Shown: positions 38,060 to 49,506, counted from the stretch's first letter. The stretch: DNA of 64,000 nt from Hyphomicrobiales bacterium (GCA_038244925.1 JBBRSX010000010.1:4337-68336); one strand, 5' to 3'. The notes: generated by a model not told the origin, from the letters alone. Made by a program: numbers and translations.

Positions 38060-39973
38060 TTACACTCTTTCAACAAAACTATCGATGACCCGTTTCTCGC
38101 CTGCTCTTTCGAATTTAACCAGCATCTTGCTTCCGTCGATAGAAACAACTCGCCCATAGCCGAACTTCTGATGGAACACCCGGTCATCAGCGCTGAATTC
38201 GGATTCGTAGAGCGGCTGAACGTTGTCGAATGAGTCTCTGCTTGGCTTGATTGTCGTCTCCTGCTGCACGCTGACTTTGCAGTCGTTCAGAATGGGAGAG
38301 CAGACGTCTGCCTTGGTGAGAACCGTCAGATCACTGTCAGATGGGTTTGCAATTGAAGCGATCCGGTCCGCATGACGCACGGTAGCATTCTCAAATATGT
38401 TACGAACCCCGCGCCCGTTTCCAAAGCCTTCGTCTCCTTCAAAGTGGGAGAAGTATCCTCTAAGAGCCACGGCAGCATCGTCAGTCAGTCGAAAATTGGA
38501 ATCAACAGCCCGCTTATCGAAGATCTGGAGCATCTCATCGGCCGTGTAGTCGTGGAATTCGATTTTCCTCGTGAACCTGCTTTGGAGGCCGGGGTTCGAC
38601 GCGATAAAGCCCGCCATCGGCTCAGTATATCCAGCGACGATCACCACTAAGCGTTCCCGATAATCTTCCATTAGCTTCAGAAGGGTCTCTATCGCTTCCG
38701 GACCAAAATCCCATGCGGCGTCCTTAACAAGGCTGTATGCCTCGTCAATGAAGAGAACTCCGTCTAGCGCGCTTTCTACGACCTTTTTAGTGTTAGTCGC
38801 GGTTTGGCCTACATATCCCACAATGAGACCGCTCCTATCGGTTTCGATAAGATGCCCTGAGGAAAGAACGCCGAGCGCTTTATAGATTTTCGCTACAATG
38901 CGGGCGACCGTAGTCTTGCCGGTTCCCGGGCTGCCAGAAAACACAAGATGAAGCGAGATTGACGAAGGCTTCAGGTTCCTGGCGGCTCGAAGCCGCTGAA
39001 CTTTTATAAAGTTTGTGAGCGAGATGATCTCCTTCTTCACAGCATCTAAGCCGATCATATCTGTTAGCTCGGAAATGATTGCTTCGAATTCGCTTTCTTG
39101 TTCTACGGCGGGCGCATTGCCCGCTGGTTGCGCTATTTTCTCAGATTTAACGCCGCTTGAAGGGTTATTAGAAATCGGTTCGCGCAATATGCGGATGACG
39201 TCTCTACTGCGTCCAACTTCACAATCTCCGAAGTCAATCGACATAAGGAGTTGTGCGGCTTGTTCAAGAGTTTCGGAGAGGTCGATCGCGGACAATCCGG
39301 CCATTCTTGAATTGTCTTCGACGAACTGTCGAATCTGACGATCGAAATGGCCGCCATCAGCAGTCTTAAGGGCGGCGACAATTATTGCGGCTATTGAGAT
39401 CAGCGGTCGAAAGTAACCCTCGCGGAGAGGAGAGGTTGTTAAAAGAACGCGCAGCTTGTCTGACGTAAAATATCGCAAAAATGGATCCTTGCGGCCCTCC
39501 TCTCTGAGTCTATTGAGCATGCACGGAAATTCCTCAACGATGCCGGTAAGCAGGGATTTGGCGACTGTCGTCGATACTGCGTATTCAGGGAACGATCCCA
39601 TGGCCACGGCTAAGCCATCTAACACCGGTTCGGCTACTGCATTTTTCGACTTACTCACGAAGGCCGGTGACATAAGAAGGCAGAATTGCCAGGCTAGATC
39701 GCTGCACAAGTCACTAACGAACCTGCTGCGATCGGGCGAGCCTTTCATAACGTTTCGCTCAAGCCACGCGACCATCTCTGGCTGCTTCGCTTCTCCGACC
39801 CACCAAGCCTTCATAAACCGTGGGCTCGACTGATGATCCAGCCAAGCCTCACGAATTAGCGAGTCAAGTTGCTTTTGGAGAGCGGTCTTCCAATCGGTCT
39901 TCGGAGTCACTTTTCTGACGTTTCTCTTCGTTTGCCACCAGCCGCTATGCACAGAGCAGGTCGTCAACGTCAA
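38060..39973 (-). CDS. CbbX/CfxQ/SpoVK-type AAA+ ATPase with a C-terminal UvrD/PcrA-like Tudor domain (start uncertain)
   Basis: MIGLDAVK, GSPGTGKT, YVGQTA, VLFIDEAY, NPGLQSRF, FGNGRGVRN; C-end DRVFHQKFGYGRV...FERAGEKRVIDSFVERV. Confidence 0.88.
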   Translation of the reverse strand: MTLTTCSVHSGWWQTKRNVRKVTPKTDWKTALQKQLDSLIREAWLDHQSSPRFMKAWWVGEAKQPEMVAWLERNVMKGSPDRSRFVSDLCSDLAWQFCLLMSPAFVSKSKNAVAEPVLDGLAVAMGSFPEYAVSTTVAKSLLTGIVEEFPCMLNRLREEGRKDPFLRYFTSDKLRVLLTTSPLREGYFRPLISIAAIIVAALKTADGGHFDRQIRQFVEDNSRMAGLSAIDLSETLEQAAQLLMSIDFGDCEVGRSRDVIRILREPISNNPSSGVKSEKIAQPAGNAPAVEQESEFEAIISELTDMIGLDAVKKEIISLTNFIKVQRLRAARNLKPSSISLHLVFSGSPGTGKTTVARIVAKIYKALGVLSSGHLIETDRSGLIVGYVGQTATNTKKVVESALDGVLFIDEAYSLVKDAAWDFGPEAIETLLKLMEDYRERLVVIVAGYTEPMAGFIASNPGLQSRFTRKIEFHDYTADEMLQIFDKRAVDSNFRLTDDAAVALRGYFSHFEGDEGFGNGRGVRNIFENATVRHADRIASIANPSDSDLTVLTKADVCSPILNDCKVSVQQETTIKPSRDSFDNVQPLYESEFSADDRVFHQKFGYGRVVSIDGSKMLVKFERAGEKRVIDSFVERV

Positions 39974-40343
39974 TGATTTTGTGCATCAAGTTTCCACCGA
40001 GCTTGTTTCGCAAGGGAACTTGGCTCTTGGTTGACCCAAGACCGATCGAATGATGACGGTGAGAAGTCCAACGTTTCGAGCGCGACTGCCGGTCCTGCGG
40101 TTGCGCGCCCCGCCTCTTGGTGCCGTAGTTATCCGGGGCGCGCGCACTGCTCAGCGTCGATAGTTGTCACTGGTATAGCTGCGCGACCAGACGAACCTCT
40201 CTGGTGTGGGCCGAGATGGGGACTCAATCCCAAAAATGCCGATGGGAAAGCGTTTGCCGATGCCCCGCTACGCTTAGCCACGTGGCAAACGAAAAAGCAC
40301 AAAGAGAAAATGCGAGTCGGAATTGAGTAAGCAGGGTGTTTGA

Positions 40344-41345
40344 GTGATTGAGCTTTGCGCCGACTGGCAATTTCACTCGTGTTGCTTTCTCGCTTGGGCC
40401 GTTCATCCCGAATGGGGCAAGAATGCGCAAAACGTAAAGCGAGAACTGCGAAACGTTATCGCAACCATTGCGGAATACGAACCGGTGCGGCTATTGGTGC
40501 CACCTGATCAGATCGATGAGGCAAGGCGGCAGTCTTTCCGCTCAAACGTGGAAGTAATCGAGGCCCCCGTCGATGATATCTGGATGCGTGACATAGCGCC
40601 GACCTTCGGTCGGCGAGGCTGCGAAATTGTCGCCATCGATTGGAACTTCAACGGCTGGGGGACAACCCGCGAGCGTCGAGCTCGCCCGGGAGACAGTCTT
40701 GCAAAGAAGTTTTCTTTTGGCGATGTGCGTGTCAGCGCGCCTTTCATTGCTGAGGGAGGCGCGCTTATTACCGATGGTAAAGGCACCATCGTTACGACGC
40801 GAAGCTGCTTGCTCAATGAGAACCGCAACAAGGGGGCTGCAGGATTTGACATAGAAGCGGGCCTTCGGTCGTTGGGTGGCCGCCGGGTGATTTGGCTTGA
40901 AGGAGACGATAAGGAGCCGATTACCAGTGGCCATGTTGATGGCTATGTGATGTTTGCAGAGACTGGAGAGGTGCTTGTAGAGGGCAAAAGCGGAGTGGAT
41001 CAGCTTGCCGCCGCACGGGCCCGCGACATCGAAGTGCTGCGCACGTCGACCGATGCCGATGGAAATTTGCTGAATGTAAGGCTTGTGGCTCCCCCAAGGA
41101 GCCGCTTCTTGTCGGGGAAGAGCGCGCTGTTCGCGCCGGCCTACCTGAACGCTTACGTCGCAAATGGAGCGGTAATTGCAGCAAAATTTGGAGACGATGA
41201 GCGTGACGAATTGGCACGATCGGCTCTCCAAACAGCGTTCCCAGGCAGGCGCGTTCGAATGATTGAAATCAATCACATCGCCGCCGGAGGTGGAGGAATT
41301 CGATGTCTAACCCAGCCGGTCCCGGTCTCCAGTGTTAGCCCATAG
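40344..41345 (+). CDS. Agmatine/peptidylarginine deiminase family protein
   Basis: DIWMRDIAP, WNFNGWG, EGG, SGHVDG, YLNAY, GGGGIRCLTQ. Confidence 0.88.
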   Translation: MIELCADWQFHSCCFLAWAVHPEWGKNAQNVKRELRNVIATIAEYEPVRLLVPPDQIDEARRQSFRSNVEVIEAPVDDIWMRDIAPTFGRRGCEIVAIDWNFNGWGTTRERRARPGDSLAKKFSFGDVRVSAPFIAEGGALITDGKGTIVTTRSCLLNENRNKGAAGFDIEAGLRSLGGRRVIWLEGDDKEPITSGHVDGYVMFAETGEVLVEGKSGVDQLAAARARDIEVLRTSTDADGNLLNVRLVAPPRSRFLSGKSALFAPAYLNAYVANGAVIAAKFGDDERDELARSALQTAFPGRRVRMIEINHIAAGGGGIRCLTQPVPVSSVSP

Positions 41346-41417
41346 TCCCAAGCGACCCTGGCTGCCGAGTGCTCGGCAGCCCCCATAACCGGCGAGCGTC
41401 GCCACATCTTCTTGTGC

Positions 41418-41539
41418 CCGCTATTGTGACGGATTGTGATTTCAGCAGCCCAGAACCAGTCTCCTGCGTAGGAAACTGTTGATCTTAAAGGGCTGTTCAA
41501 ACAACAGAGCGTTGCTCTGCCAGGGCCGTGGTCCATCGG
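41418..41539 (+). repeat. Repeat family C copy 1 (att-arm-like)
   Basis: CCGCTATTGTGACGGATTGTGA...GATCTTAAAGGG...ACAGAGCGTTGC...GCCGTGGTCCATCGG. Confidence 0.8.
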
Positions 41540-41547
41540 GACTATTA

Positions 41548-41829
41548 TTACTTAGCCATTCGCCAGCCAAACAGCACGACAGCAGCACCGGCCGCCGCTG
41601 CAATGACCGATGTCGCTATCCCACCGCCGAGCGCAAGCAGCAGGCCGATGTGATAGCCAACGAACGCACCGGCAACACCGACTAACGCGCTCGTGATGAT
41701 GCCGCGGGTCGATCCGGAGAACTGGCGGGCAAGCCACGACGGCCCAGCAAGTCGGTCGAATAAGAGCCCAGCGATGATGCCAGTTGAGAGGACCAGAAGA
41801 AACGTTACGACCGGGTCTGTAATTTGCAT
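41548..41829 (-). CDS. GlsB/YeaQ/YmgE (transglycosylase-associated) membrane protein
   Basis: Three Gly/Ala-rich TM helices, LVGVAGAFVG. Confidence 0.75.
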   Translation of the reverse strand: MQITDPVVTFLLVLSTGIIAGLLFDRLAGPSWLARQFSGSTRGIITSALVGVAGAFVGYHIGLLLALGGGIATSVIAAAAGAAVVLFGWRMAK

Positions 41830-41878
41830 GCTAGGCCGCCTTGAGCGGTTTGGAGTTGAATGTTGCGTGCGCAATGTT

Positions 41879-42139
41879 TCAGAAATTTGCGGCAACTAGA
41901 TCATAAGAGCCTCTACTTCCGCGAACATAGACCTTGGCTGCGGCGGCACATATCAGATCACGGTTGGAATCGAACGCGTTCAGAAAGCCCGACTCGTCGT
42001 GACGGGCATCTGGTTGAATTTTCGTCAATGCATCTTCGGCTACAAAAAATGATGCCTCTATAGCGCTATCGTAACCCCAAAATCGCACGGCACGCCGCGT
42101 TTGGTCGTATGAACGACTATGATTTGGAAAATCGATCAT
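41879..42139 (-). CDS. DUF1488 family protein
   Basis: FPNHSRSYD...VRFWGYDSAIEASF...AFDSNRDLI. Confidence 0.8.
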   Translation of the reverse strand: MIDFPNHSRSYDQTRRAVRFWGYDSAIEASFFVAEDALTKIQPDARHDESGFLNAFDSNRDLICAAAAKVYVRGSRGSYDLVAANF

Positions 42140-42330
42140 CGCAGCCGGCATCGATCAAGTCGTCGTCGGTCCACGACGGTCCTGACCGGGATTGGAATCA
42201 GCGAACCGTCATGTTTGAAGAAGCGTTGCAACTTTCGCTCGACCGCAACAACAATCTGGCTGTGGATCTGCCTTAGCGATTTTTCCCGTTCAGTTCGACG
42301 GTGGAAGCTCAACGGATATTTGCCGCTCAT
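42136..42330 (-). CDS. Small hypothetical protein
   Basis: Stop overlaps the DUF1488 start (ATGA); GAGG RBS. Confidence 0.45.
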   Translation of the reverse strand: MSGKYPLSFHRRTEREKSLRQIHSQIVVAVERKLQRFFKHDGSLIPIPVRTVVDRRRLDRCRLR

Positions 42331-42509
42331 TAAGTCAACCTCGCTGTCGCGCTCTTTCGATGAATAATACATAGGCGCTAATTTCGCTTTTACGAGCCAT
42401 GATGGGCGCGGGGTCGCTGAATGAGGAGGAATATTGCGTCTGACGGTCATCGCCTCTCCTATCGGATTGCGGACTATCGAGCGCCGACGTTAGAAGGGTT
42501 GTGTAATGC

Positions 42510-42541
42510 AAAAAGGCCCAGCAATGATGCCGGGCCTTTCT
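42510..42541 (-). terminator. Terminator of groESL
   Basis: AAAGGCCC.GCA-atga-TGC.GGGCCTTT hairpin with a U-tract on -. Confidence 0.75.
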
Positions 42542-42566
42542 TATTGTTGTGCGTTGGACGGTGGAG

Positions 42567-44300
<1,734 letters not shown>

Positions 44301-44357
44301 TTATCCTTCGAGACGCCGGCTGCGCCGGCTCCTCAGGATTAGGAAAATTGGCTGCGC

Positions 44358-44675
44358 TTACGCGGCCTTCTTCTTGGCGGCGGGCAGATCGGTGAGAACG
44401 CCCATAATGTCGCTTTCCTTCATGATCAGTAGCTCCTGACCATCGAGCTTGACCTCGGTGCCCGACCATTTGCCGAACAGCACGCGGTCGCCGACGTTGA
44501 GGTCGATCGGGATCAGCTTGCCGGCCTCGTCACGGCCACCCGGGCCGACGGCGGTGATTTCGCCCTGAGAGGGCTTTTCTTTGGCGCTGTCGGGAATGAT
44601 GATGCCGCCTGCGCTTTTAGCTTCGGCATCGATGCGCTTGACCACGACGCGGTCGTGGAGCGGACGGAATTTCAT
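44358..44675 (-). CDS. groES: Co-chaperonin GroES
   Basis: [25 protein letters not shown]. Confidence 0.99.
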   Translation of the reverse strand: MKFRPLHDRVVVKRIDAEAKSAGGIIIPDSAKEKPSQGEITAVGPGGRDEAGKLIPIDLNVGDRVLFGKWSGTEVKLDGQELLIMKESDIMGVLTDLPAAKKKAA

Positions 44676-44709
44676 GCGATCCTCCTTGGCTTTTGTGATT
44701 ATTTCTGGA

Positions 44710-44736
44710 TTGGCAGTCGCAATGAACGAGTGCTAG
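44710..44736 (-). promoter_or_regulatory. CIRCE (HrcA operator)
   Basis: CTAGCACTC-N9-GACTGCCAA on -, against TTAGCACTC-N9-GAGTGCTAA, 34 bp upstream of groES. Confidence 0.85.
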
Positions 44737-44817
44737 CCACGCTCCACATAAGCTTGTGACACAGACGCGCAAGGGCTTCGGCCCATGATGTTTGAGGTGG
44801 AACGCTTGTGGCGTTTG

Positions 44818-44844
44818 CTAGCAGGCGAAGCAACATGCTGCTAG
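44818..44844. promoter_or_regulatory. Second, degenerate CIRCE-like inverted repeat
   Basis: CTAGCAGGC-N9-TGCTGCTAG upstream of usg. Confidence 0.5.
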
Positions 44845-44930
44845 CGCGTTGATTACTATCACCTATTGAACGTATTCGATTTTGACGAATTGAGAATCAT
44901 GCGACTGTTTTAGTTAGACTGGAGGTTGGC

Positions 44931-45215
44931 ATGATCGAGAACGATGCGGTTTCCAAGGATTTCAGGAAGCAGGTTTTGGGCTTCGGACTGACAACAGCGG
45001 AAATCGTTTATCGCCGTCCGGATCGTCGCTGGTTGCTGCAAACCTACGTCTGGCAGGACTACGATATATTTCCGAATTTTCCGGCGTTGAAGGATTTTCT
45101 AGCGTTTTGGGAAAAGTCACTCGATGGTCCGCTCTTCGCAGTTACCATCGCGCATTCCAAGCTGATCAAGCCTGCCGAACTGCACGCCGTGGATGGCGTC
45201 TTTCGATTGCACTAA
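44931..45215 (+). CDS. usg: Usg family protein
   Basis: GLTTAEIVYRRPD..WLLQTYVWQDYD..P.FP.L..FL.FW...LDGPL. Confidence 0.9.
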   Translation: MIENDAVSKDFRKQVLGFGLTTAEIVYRRPDRRWLLQTYVWQDYDIFPNFPALKDFLAFWEKSLDGPLFAVTIAHSKLIKPAELHAVDGVFRLH

Positions 45216-45488
45216 TAACGCGGTCAAATGCCCTACGGGCAGCTGTGATCCACAAAATCGAGTTCGTGGCCTGGGCGGCGCGGGGTGCTCGAAGCCATCG
45301 ATCGGGTAAGCCGAAAGGCCATGCCTATGTTCGCATCGAGAAGCACCGTCTGACCCTAGTCTAGCTTGGCGAGTAGCCCAAGACACGTTCAGTGCAGGTG
45401 ACTTGACCATATGCACCTTGGATCGCTTGCTGCGGTCGTGATAGCTCTACAACCCCGATTGCAGCACCGGGCAAGTGAAGCACTTTTG

Positions 45489-47693
45489 ATGAACCCTCAG
45501 CCCCAGCCAATGACGCAGGAAGTTCTGGCGGGCCCGGTCGAGCGCGTGACGTTTCACAACGAGGAAAGCGGCTTTTGTGTCCTGCGGATCAAGGCACGTG
45601 GGCACCGCGAACTGGTCACGGTGATCGGGCATGCGGCAGTCATCTCCGCCGGCGAGTGGGTTACAGCATCCGGCGAATGGATCAACGATCGCACGCACGG
45701 CCAGCAATTTAAGGCGAAGTTTCTGAAGACTTCGGAGCCGACGTCGCTCGACGGTATCGAGAAATACCTCGGCTCCGGCATGATACGAGGCATTGGACCT
45801 GTCTACGCCAAGAAGCTGGTGCGTGCCTTCGGCGAGAAAGTGTTCGACACGATCGAAGCCGAACCCGAGCGCCTCCGTGAGGTCACGGGCATCGGCGCTG
45901 TTCGAGCCAGCCGCATTACCGCCGCGTGGGCCGAACAGAAGATCATTCGGGAAATCATGGTCTTCTTGCACAGTAACGGCGTGGGCACGGCGCGTGCGGT
46001 GCGGATTTTCAAGACCTACGGTGCCGATGCCGTGCAGGTCATGTCCGAGAACCCTTATCGTCTGGCTCGGGATATTCGGGGCATAGGATTCAAGACAGCC
46101 GACGCGATTGCCATGAAGCTCGGGATCGAGAAGACAGTCATGATCCGGATTAGGGCTGGCATCTCGTTCGCCCTCACCGAGGCAATGGACGAGGGACACT
46201 GTGGCTTGCCGATGGACGATCTGATGCCGCTGGCCGAGAAGCTGCTCGAGGTTCCGATAGACCTCGTTCGGACGGCACTTGATCTCGAAGCATCGGAAGG
46301 CACGGTCGTTGCCGATAGTGTCGGCGAAACCCGCTGTATATTTCTGGCAGGTCTGCACCGGGCCGAGCGGGTCATTGCAGAGCGCCTGGCTAGACTTGCT
46401 AACGGTAACCTCCCCTGGGCGGGCATTGATTCAGACAAGGCCTTGCCGTGGGTCGAAAAACGGATCGGACTTGCTCTGGCCGAAAGCCAGGTAGCTGCTA
46501 TTAGGCTCGCGCTTACGTCGAAGGCCCTCGTGATGACCGGAGGACCGGGCGTCGGCAAGACCACCATTGTCAAAGGTATTTTGCGCATTCTCGCAGCGAA
46601 GGGCGTCGAGCTTCTGCTCTGCGCGCCCACCGGCCGCGCCGCCAAGCGCATGACCGAGGCGACTGGATTTGAAGCCAAAACCATCCATCGGCTGCTTGAA
46701 GTCGACCCAAAGACGGGCGGGTTCAAGCGTGGTGATGACAATCCTCTCGATTGCGACCTGCTGGTGATCGACGAGGCCTCCATGGTGGACGTAATGCTGA
46801 TGCAGGCGCTCATGAAGGCTGTGCCTACCACCGCAGCTCTCTTGATCGTTGGAGATATTGACCAACTTCCCTCCGTCGGGCCGGGCCAGGTGCTGGCGGA
46901 CATAATCTCGTCTGGGTCCATACCAGTGGTGCGATTGACCGAGGTGTTCCGGCAGGCCCCGAAAAGCCGCATCATCACCACCGCCCATCGCATCAATCAA
47001 GGCATCATTCCGGATCTCAGCCCGCCTGGAAGCGATAGCGATTTCTATTTCGTCCAAGCGGAAGAGCCGGAAATCGCGGTGCAGCGCATCGTCGAACTGG
47101 TGAAGACCCGGATCCCTGCGCGCTTCGGTTTCGATTCCATCCGTGACATTCAGGTCCTGTGCCCCATGAATAGAGGCGGTGTGGGGGCTCGCTCGCTCAA
47201 TATTGAGCTGCAAGCGGCGTTAAATCCAGCGGGCGAGAAAAAGGTCGAACGCTTTGGATGGACCTTCGCGCCTGGTGACAAGGTCATGCAAATTCAGAAC
47301 GACTACGACAAGGAGGTCTACAACGGCGACATCGGCTATATTGACGAGGTCGATCTCGACGACGGCGAGCTCTTAGCCAGCTTTGACGGTCGCGCGGTTA
47401 CTTACGCCTTTGGCGAACTCGACACATTGGTGCCCGCCTACGCAGCGACGATCCACAAGAGTCAGGGCTCAGAATATCCGGCCATTGTGATTCCGGTGAT
47501 GACCCAGCATTACGCCATGTTGCAACGAAATCTGCTTTATACCGGAGTCACCCGCGGCAAGAAGCTGGTCGTGCTTGTCGGTCAGAAGAAGGCTGTCGCT
47601 ATCGCTGTTCGGAATGTCTCGGGGCGCAGGCGATGGTCGAAATTAAATGAATGGCTGAGCGGCCCGTCACGTCAAGACACGGGCCTGACATAA
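45489..47693 (+). CDS. recD2: ATP-dependent RecD2-like 5'-3' DNA helicase
   Basis: VERVTFHN, HhH GIGP, ENPY.L, GGPGVGKT, DEASM, GDIDQLPSV, TIHKSQGSEY. Confidence 0.93.
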   Translation: MNPQPQPMTQEVLAGPVERVTFHNEESGFCVLRIKARGHRELVTVIGHAAVISAGEWVTASGEWINDRTHGQQFKAKFLKTSEPTSLDGIEKYLGSGMIRGIGPVYAKKLVRAFGEKVFDTIEAEPERLREVTGIGAVRASRITAAWAEQKIIREIMVFLHSNGVGTARAVRIFKTYGADAVQVMSENPYRLARDIRGIGFKTADAIAMKLGIEKTVMIRIRAGISFALTEAMDEGHCGLPMDDLMPLAEKLLEVPIDLVRTALDLEASEGTVVADSVGETRCIFLAGLHRAERVIAERLARLANGNLPWAGIDSDKALPWVEKRIGLALAESQVAAIRLALTSKALVMTGGPGVGKTTIVKGILRILAAKGVELLLCAPTGRAAKRMTEATGFEAKTIHRLLEVDPKTGGFKRGDDNPLDCDLLVIDEASMVDVMLMQALMKAVPTTAALLIVGDIDQLPSVGPGQVLADIISSGSIPVVRLTEVFRQAPKSRIITTAHRINQGIIPDLSPPGSDSDFYFVQAEEPEIAVQRIVELVKTRIPARFGFDSIRDIQVLCPMNRGGVGARSLNIELQAALNPAGEKKVERFGWTFAPGDKVMQIQNDYDKEVYNGDIGYIDEVDLDDGELLASFDGRAVTYAFGELDTLVPAYAATIHKSQGSEYPAIVIPVMTQHYAMLQRNLLYTGVTRGKKLVVLVGQKKAVAIAVRNVSGRRRWSKLNEWLSGPSRQDTGLT

Positions 47694-47723
47694 AATATTC
47701 CCGTGGTCATGCTCCCCGACAGC

Positions 47724-47851
47724 GGGCGGCGGTCTCTCGTTTGCGCCGCTATTGTGACGGAATGTGACTCCGACATTGTTTCGAAGCAAGTTTGCTCTGA
47801 TTCCAAGGGGAAATTCGGGCACAGAGCGTTGCACCGTCAACGCCACGGTCC
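47724..47851 (+). repeat. Repeat family C copy 2
   Basis: GCGCCGCTATTGTGACGGAATGTGACTCC...CTCTGATTCCAAGGGGAAATTC...ACAGAGCGTTGC. Confidence 0.8.
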
Positions 47852-48075
47852 GCGCTGTCGCCCTATCCGTTAAACACTTATCGCATTCGACGTTGGAAGG
47901 ATGTCTGCTTCGCGAAGAAACGGATTTCCGCTCAGCTCTCAAGTCCGAAAAGTGTTACATGAGCGGAGGTGGCTTTATCATCGATTAGCCGTTTGCAAGG
48001 TTTGAAACGGCATACCGATGAAAGCGCGCGGTCGGTGCAGTAGAGCGCTCCTCGTCGCCACGCTCGAGCGACAGG

Positions 48076-49227
48076 TCAGGGGGCGTGGACCGGCTCTGTC
48101 AGGAAGCGCTCCGCCGGCACCGGCAGCATTGGCTCTTCGACCGCGGCCGGCGCCCCGTCCTGCCCTTCGAGCAAGTGTCGGAGCTTCTCGATTTCAGCCG
48201 TGATGGTCTTCTGGAATTCCGCGCCAACATGATCGAGAAACGCCTGATCCTTCGGCTTCGGCCTTGCCAGCCGGATCTCGATATGCGTCGCCCCGGGCTT
48301 CTCCTCCAGGAACGCGTAGGACATGATCACCTTAGGGGCATCGGGCATCGGCAGCAGCGTCGAAATCGTAAGATAGTCGAACGGACGCCAGTCCAGCACC
48401 TCCTCGATGATGGCGTGGGGACCGTGCATGCAGTGGTTGACCGTGCCGACCCCGCGCCGGCCGCTTTGCGAAGTTTCGCGCACCTCGTCAGCCGCCCGCC
48501 ATTTCGGTCGCAGCCCGGGCTGGGTGAAATGCTCCCACACGATCGCACGCGGGGCGGCTATGTCGAACTCGATCACGGCTGCTGCGGCCTCGCGGGTCAC
48601 CTGATTTATCTGCCGGTCTTTTTCCTGCTGCCAAGCCACTTCGAGGTCGCGCACCCAGCAAGTCACCTCGCCGATGATGTCGATCGACTCCCGGTGCTCG
48701 ATCAGGCCCTGGGCCGCCGGATCCATGCCCATTGCGCGGATGCACGGGTCAGAATATAGCGCGTAGGCATGGCTGCCGAGGCGCTCGTTGACGCTGTTCT
48801 TCAGCAGACGGTGCACTAGGATGACATCACGGCCGGCGAGTTCGTCGCGACCCGACATCTTTTGCTTGATGAACTCGCCGTGGTGGCAGACGAATTTGAG
48901 GTCGAGATCCTGCATCCGGCTGCAGGCGCTGCACGCGCAAGAGGTCGCCTGGCTGATGTTGCGAAGGCGCTTCCGGAAGGCGAAATACGCCGCCTCCACG
49001 GCGTCCTGCAGCACCGAGCCGTCGACCTTGTCGGCGACTGCATAGAAGAAGGCGGCGTCGCCCTCGAACTTCGCGAGCCGGAACGGCGGCCGCAGCCGCC
49101 TCACCATGGTGTCCATCACGTCGGCGATGATGTCCTGCGCATGCTCGAGTTCGACCCCGGCGAGAAAGCCGGTGTAGCCGGAGATGTCCGCGATCACAAA
49201 ACAAGCAGATTCGGGTTTCGGAAGCAT
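48076..49227 (-). CDS. DUF2652 (nucleotidyl-cyclase-like) domain plus SRPBCC/START domain protein
   Basis: IADISGYT, KFEGDAAF, C.C.AC, LKFVCHHG, VILVHRLLKN; C-terminal polyketide-cyclase-like domain. Confidence 0.82.
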   Translation of the reverse strand: MLPKPESACFVIADISGYTGFLAGVELEHAQDIIADVMDTMVRRLRPPFRLAKFEGDAAFFYAVADKVDGSVLQDAVEAAYFAFRKRLRNISQATSCACSACSRMQDLDLKFVCHHGEFIKQKMSGRDELAGRDVILVHRLLKNSVNERLGSHAYALYSDPCIRAMGMDPAAQGLIEHRESIDIIGEVTCWVRDLEVAWQQEKDRQINQVTREAAAAVIEFDIAAPRAIVWEHFTQPGLRPKWRAADEVRETSQSGRRGVGTVNHCMHGPHAIIEEVLDWRPFDYLTISTLLPMPDAPKVIMSYAFLEEKPGATHIEIRLARPKPKDQAFLDHVGAEFQKTITAEIEKLRHLLEGQDGAPAAVEEPMLPVPAERFLTEPVHAP

Positions 49228-49349
49228 CAAGCTGTCCTTTCCTCGTAACACCTAATAAAGCGCCTTTGGCAATACCTAAAAGCCTAGCACCTTGCGCCAG
49301 CTGGCGGGAGAGAAATGGCACCCAATCGGTCACAGACGAGATCAGATAT

Positions 49350-49465
49350 GATGTCTCCGATGGTCAAAAAGCGAAGTCGCAGCCTGTCCGCGCCACTTCC
49401 CGCCTGCTCCCTTCCTTAGAACGGACATCGCCCATCGCGTTCGGCATGTCCGAAAAGTGCTAAAA
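49350..49465. repeat. Short interspersed element with CGGACAT/ATGTCCG and CACTT/AAGTG inverted repeats
   Basis: CACTTCC...CGGACATCG...CATGTCCGAAAAGTGC; GTCCGAAAAGTG is also at 47943-47954. Confidence 0.5.
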
Positions 49466-49506
49466 GCAAAAATCAGGCACGCTATACTCGACGAAATTTG
49501 CCGTTG

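Noticed and set aside
38060-39973. Calling the AAA gene cbbX (Rubisco activase)
   Set aside because: No cbbLS nearby, and it has large extra domains; family-level call only.
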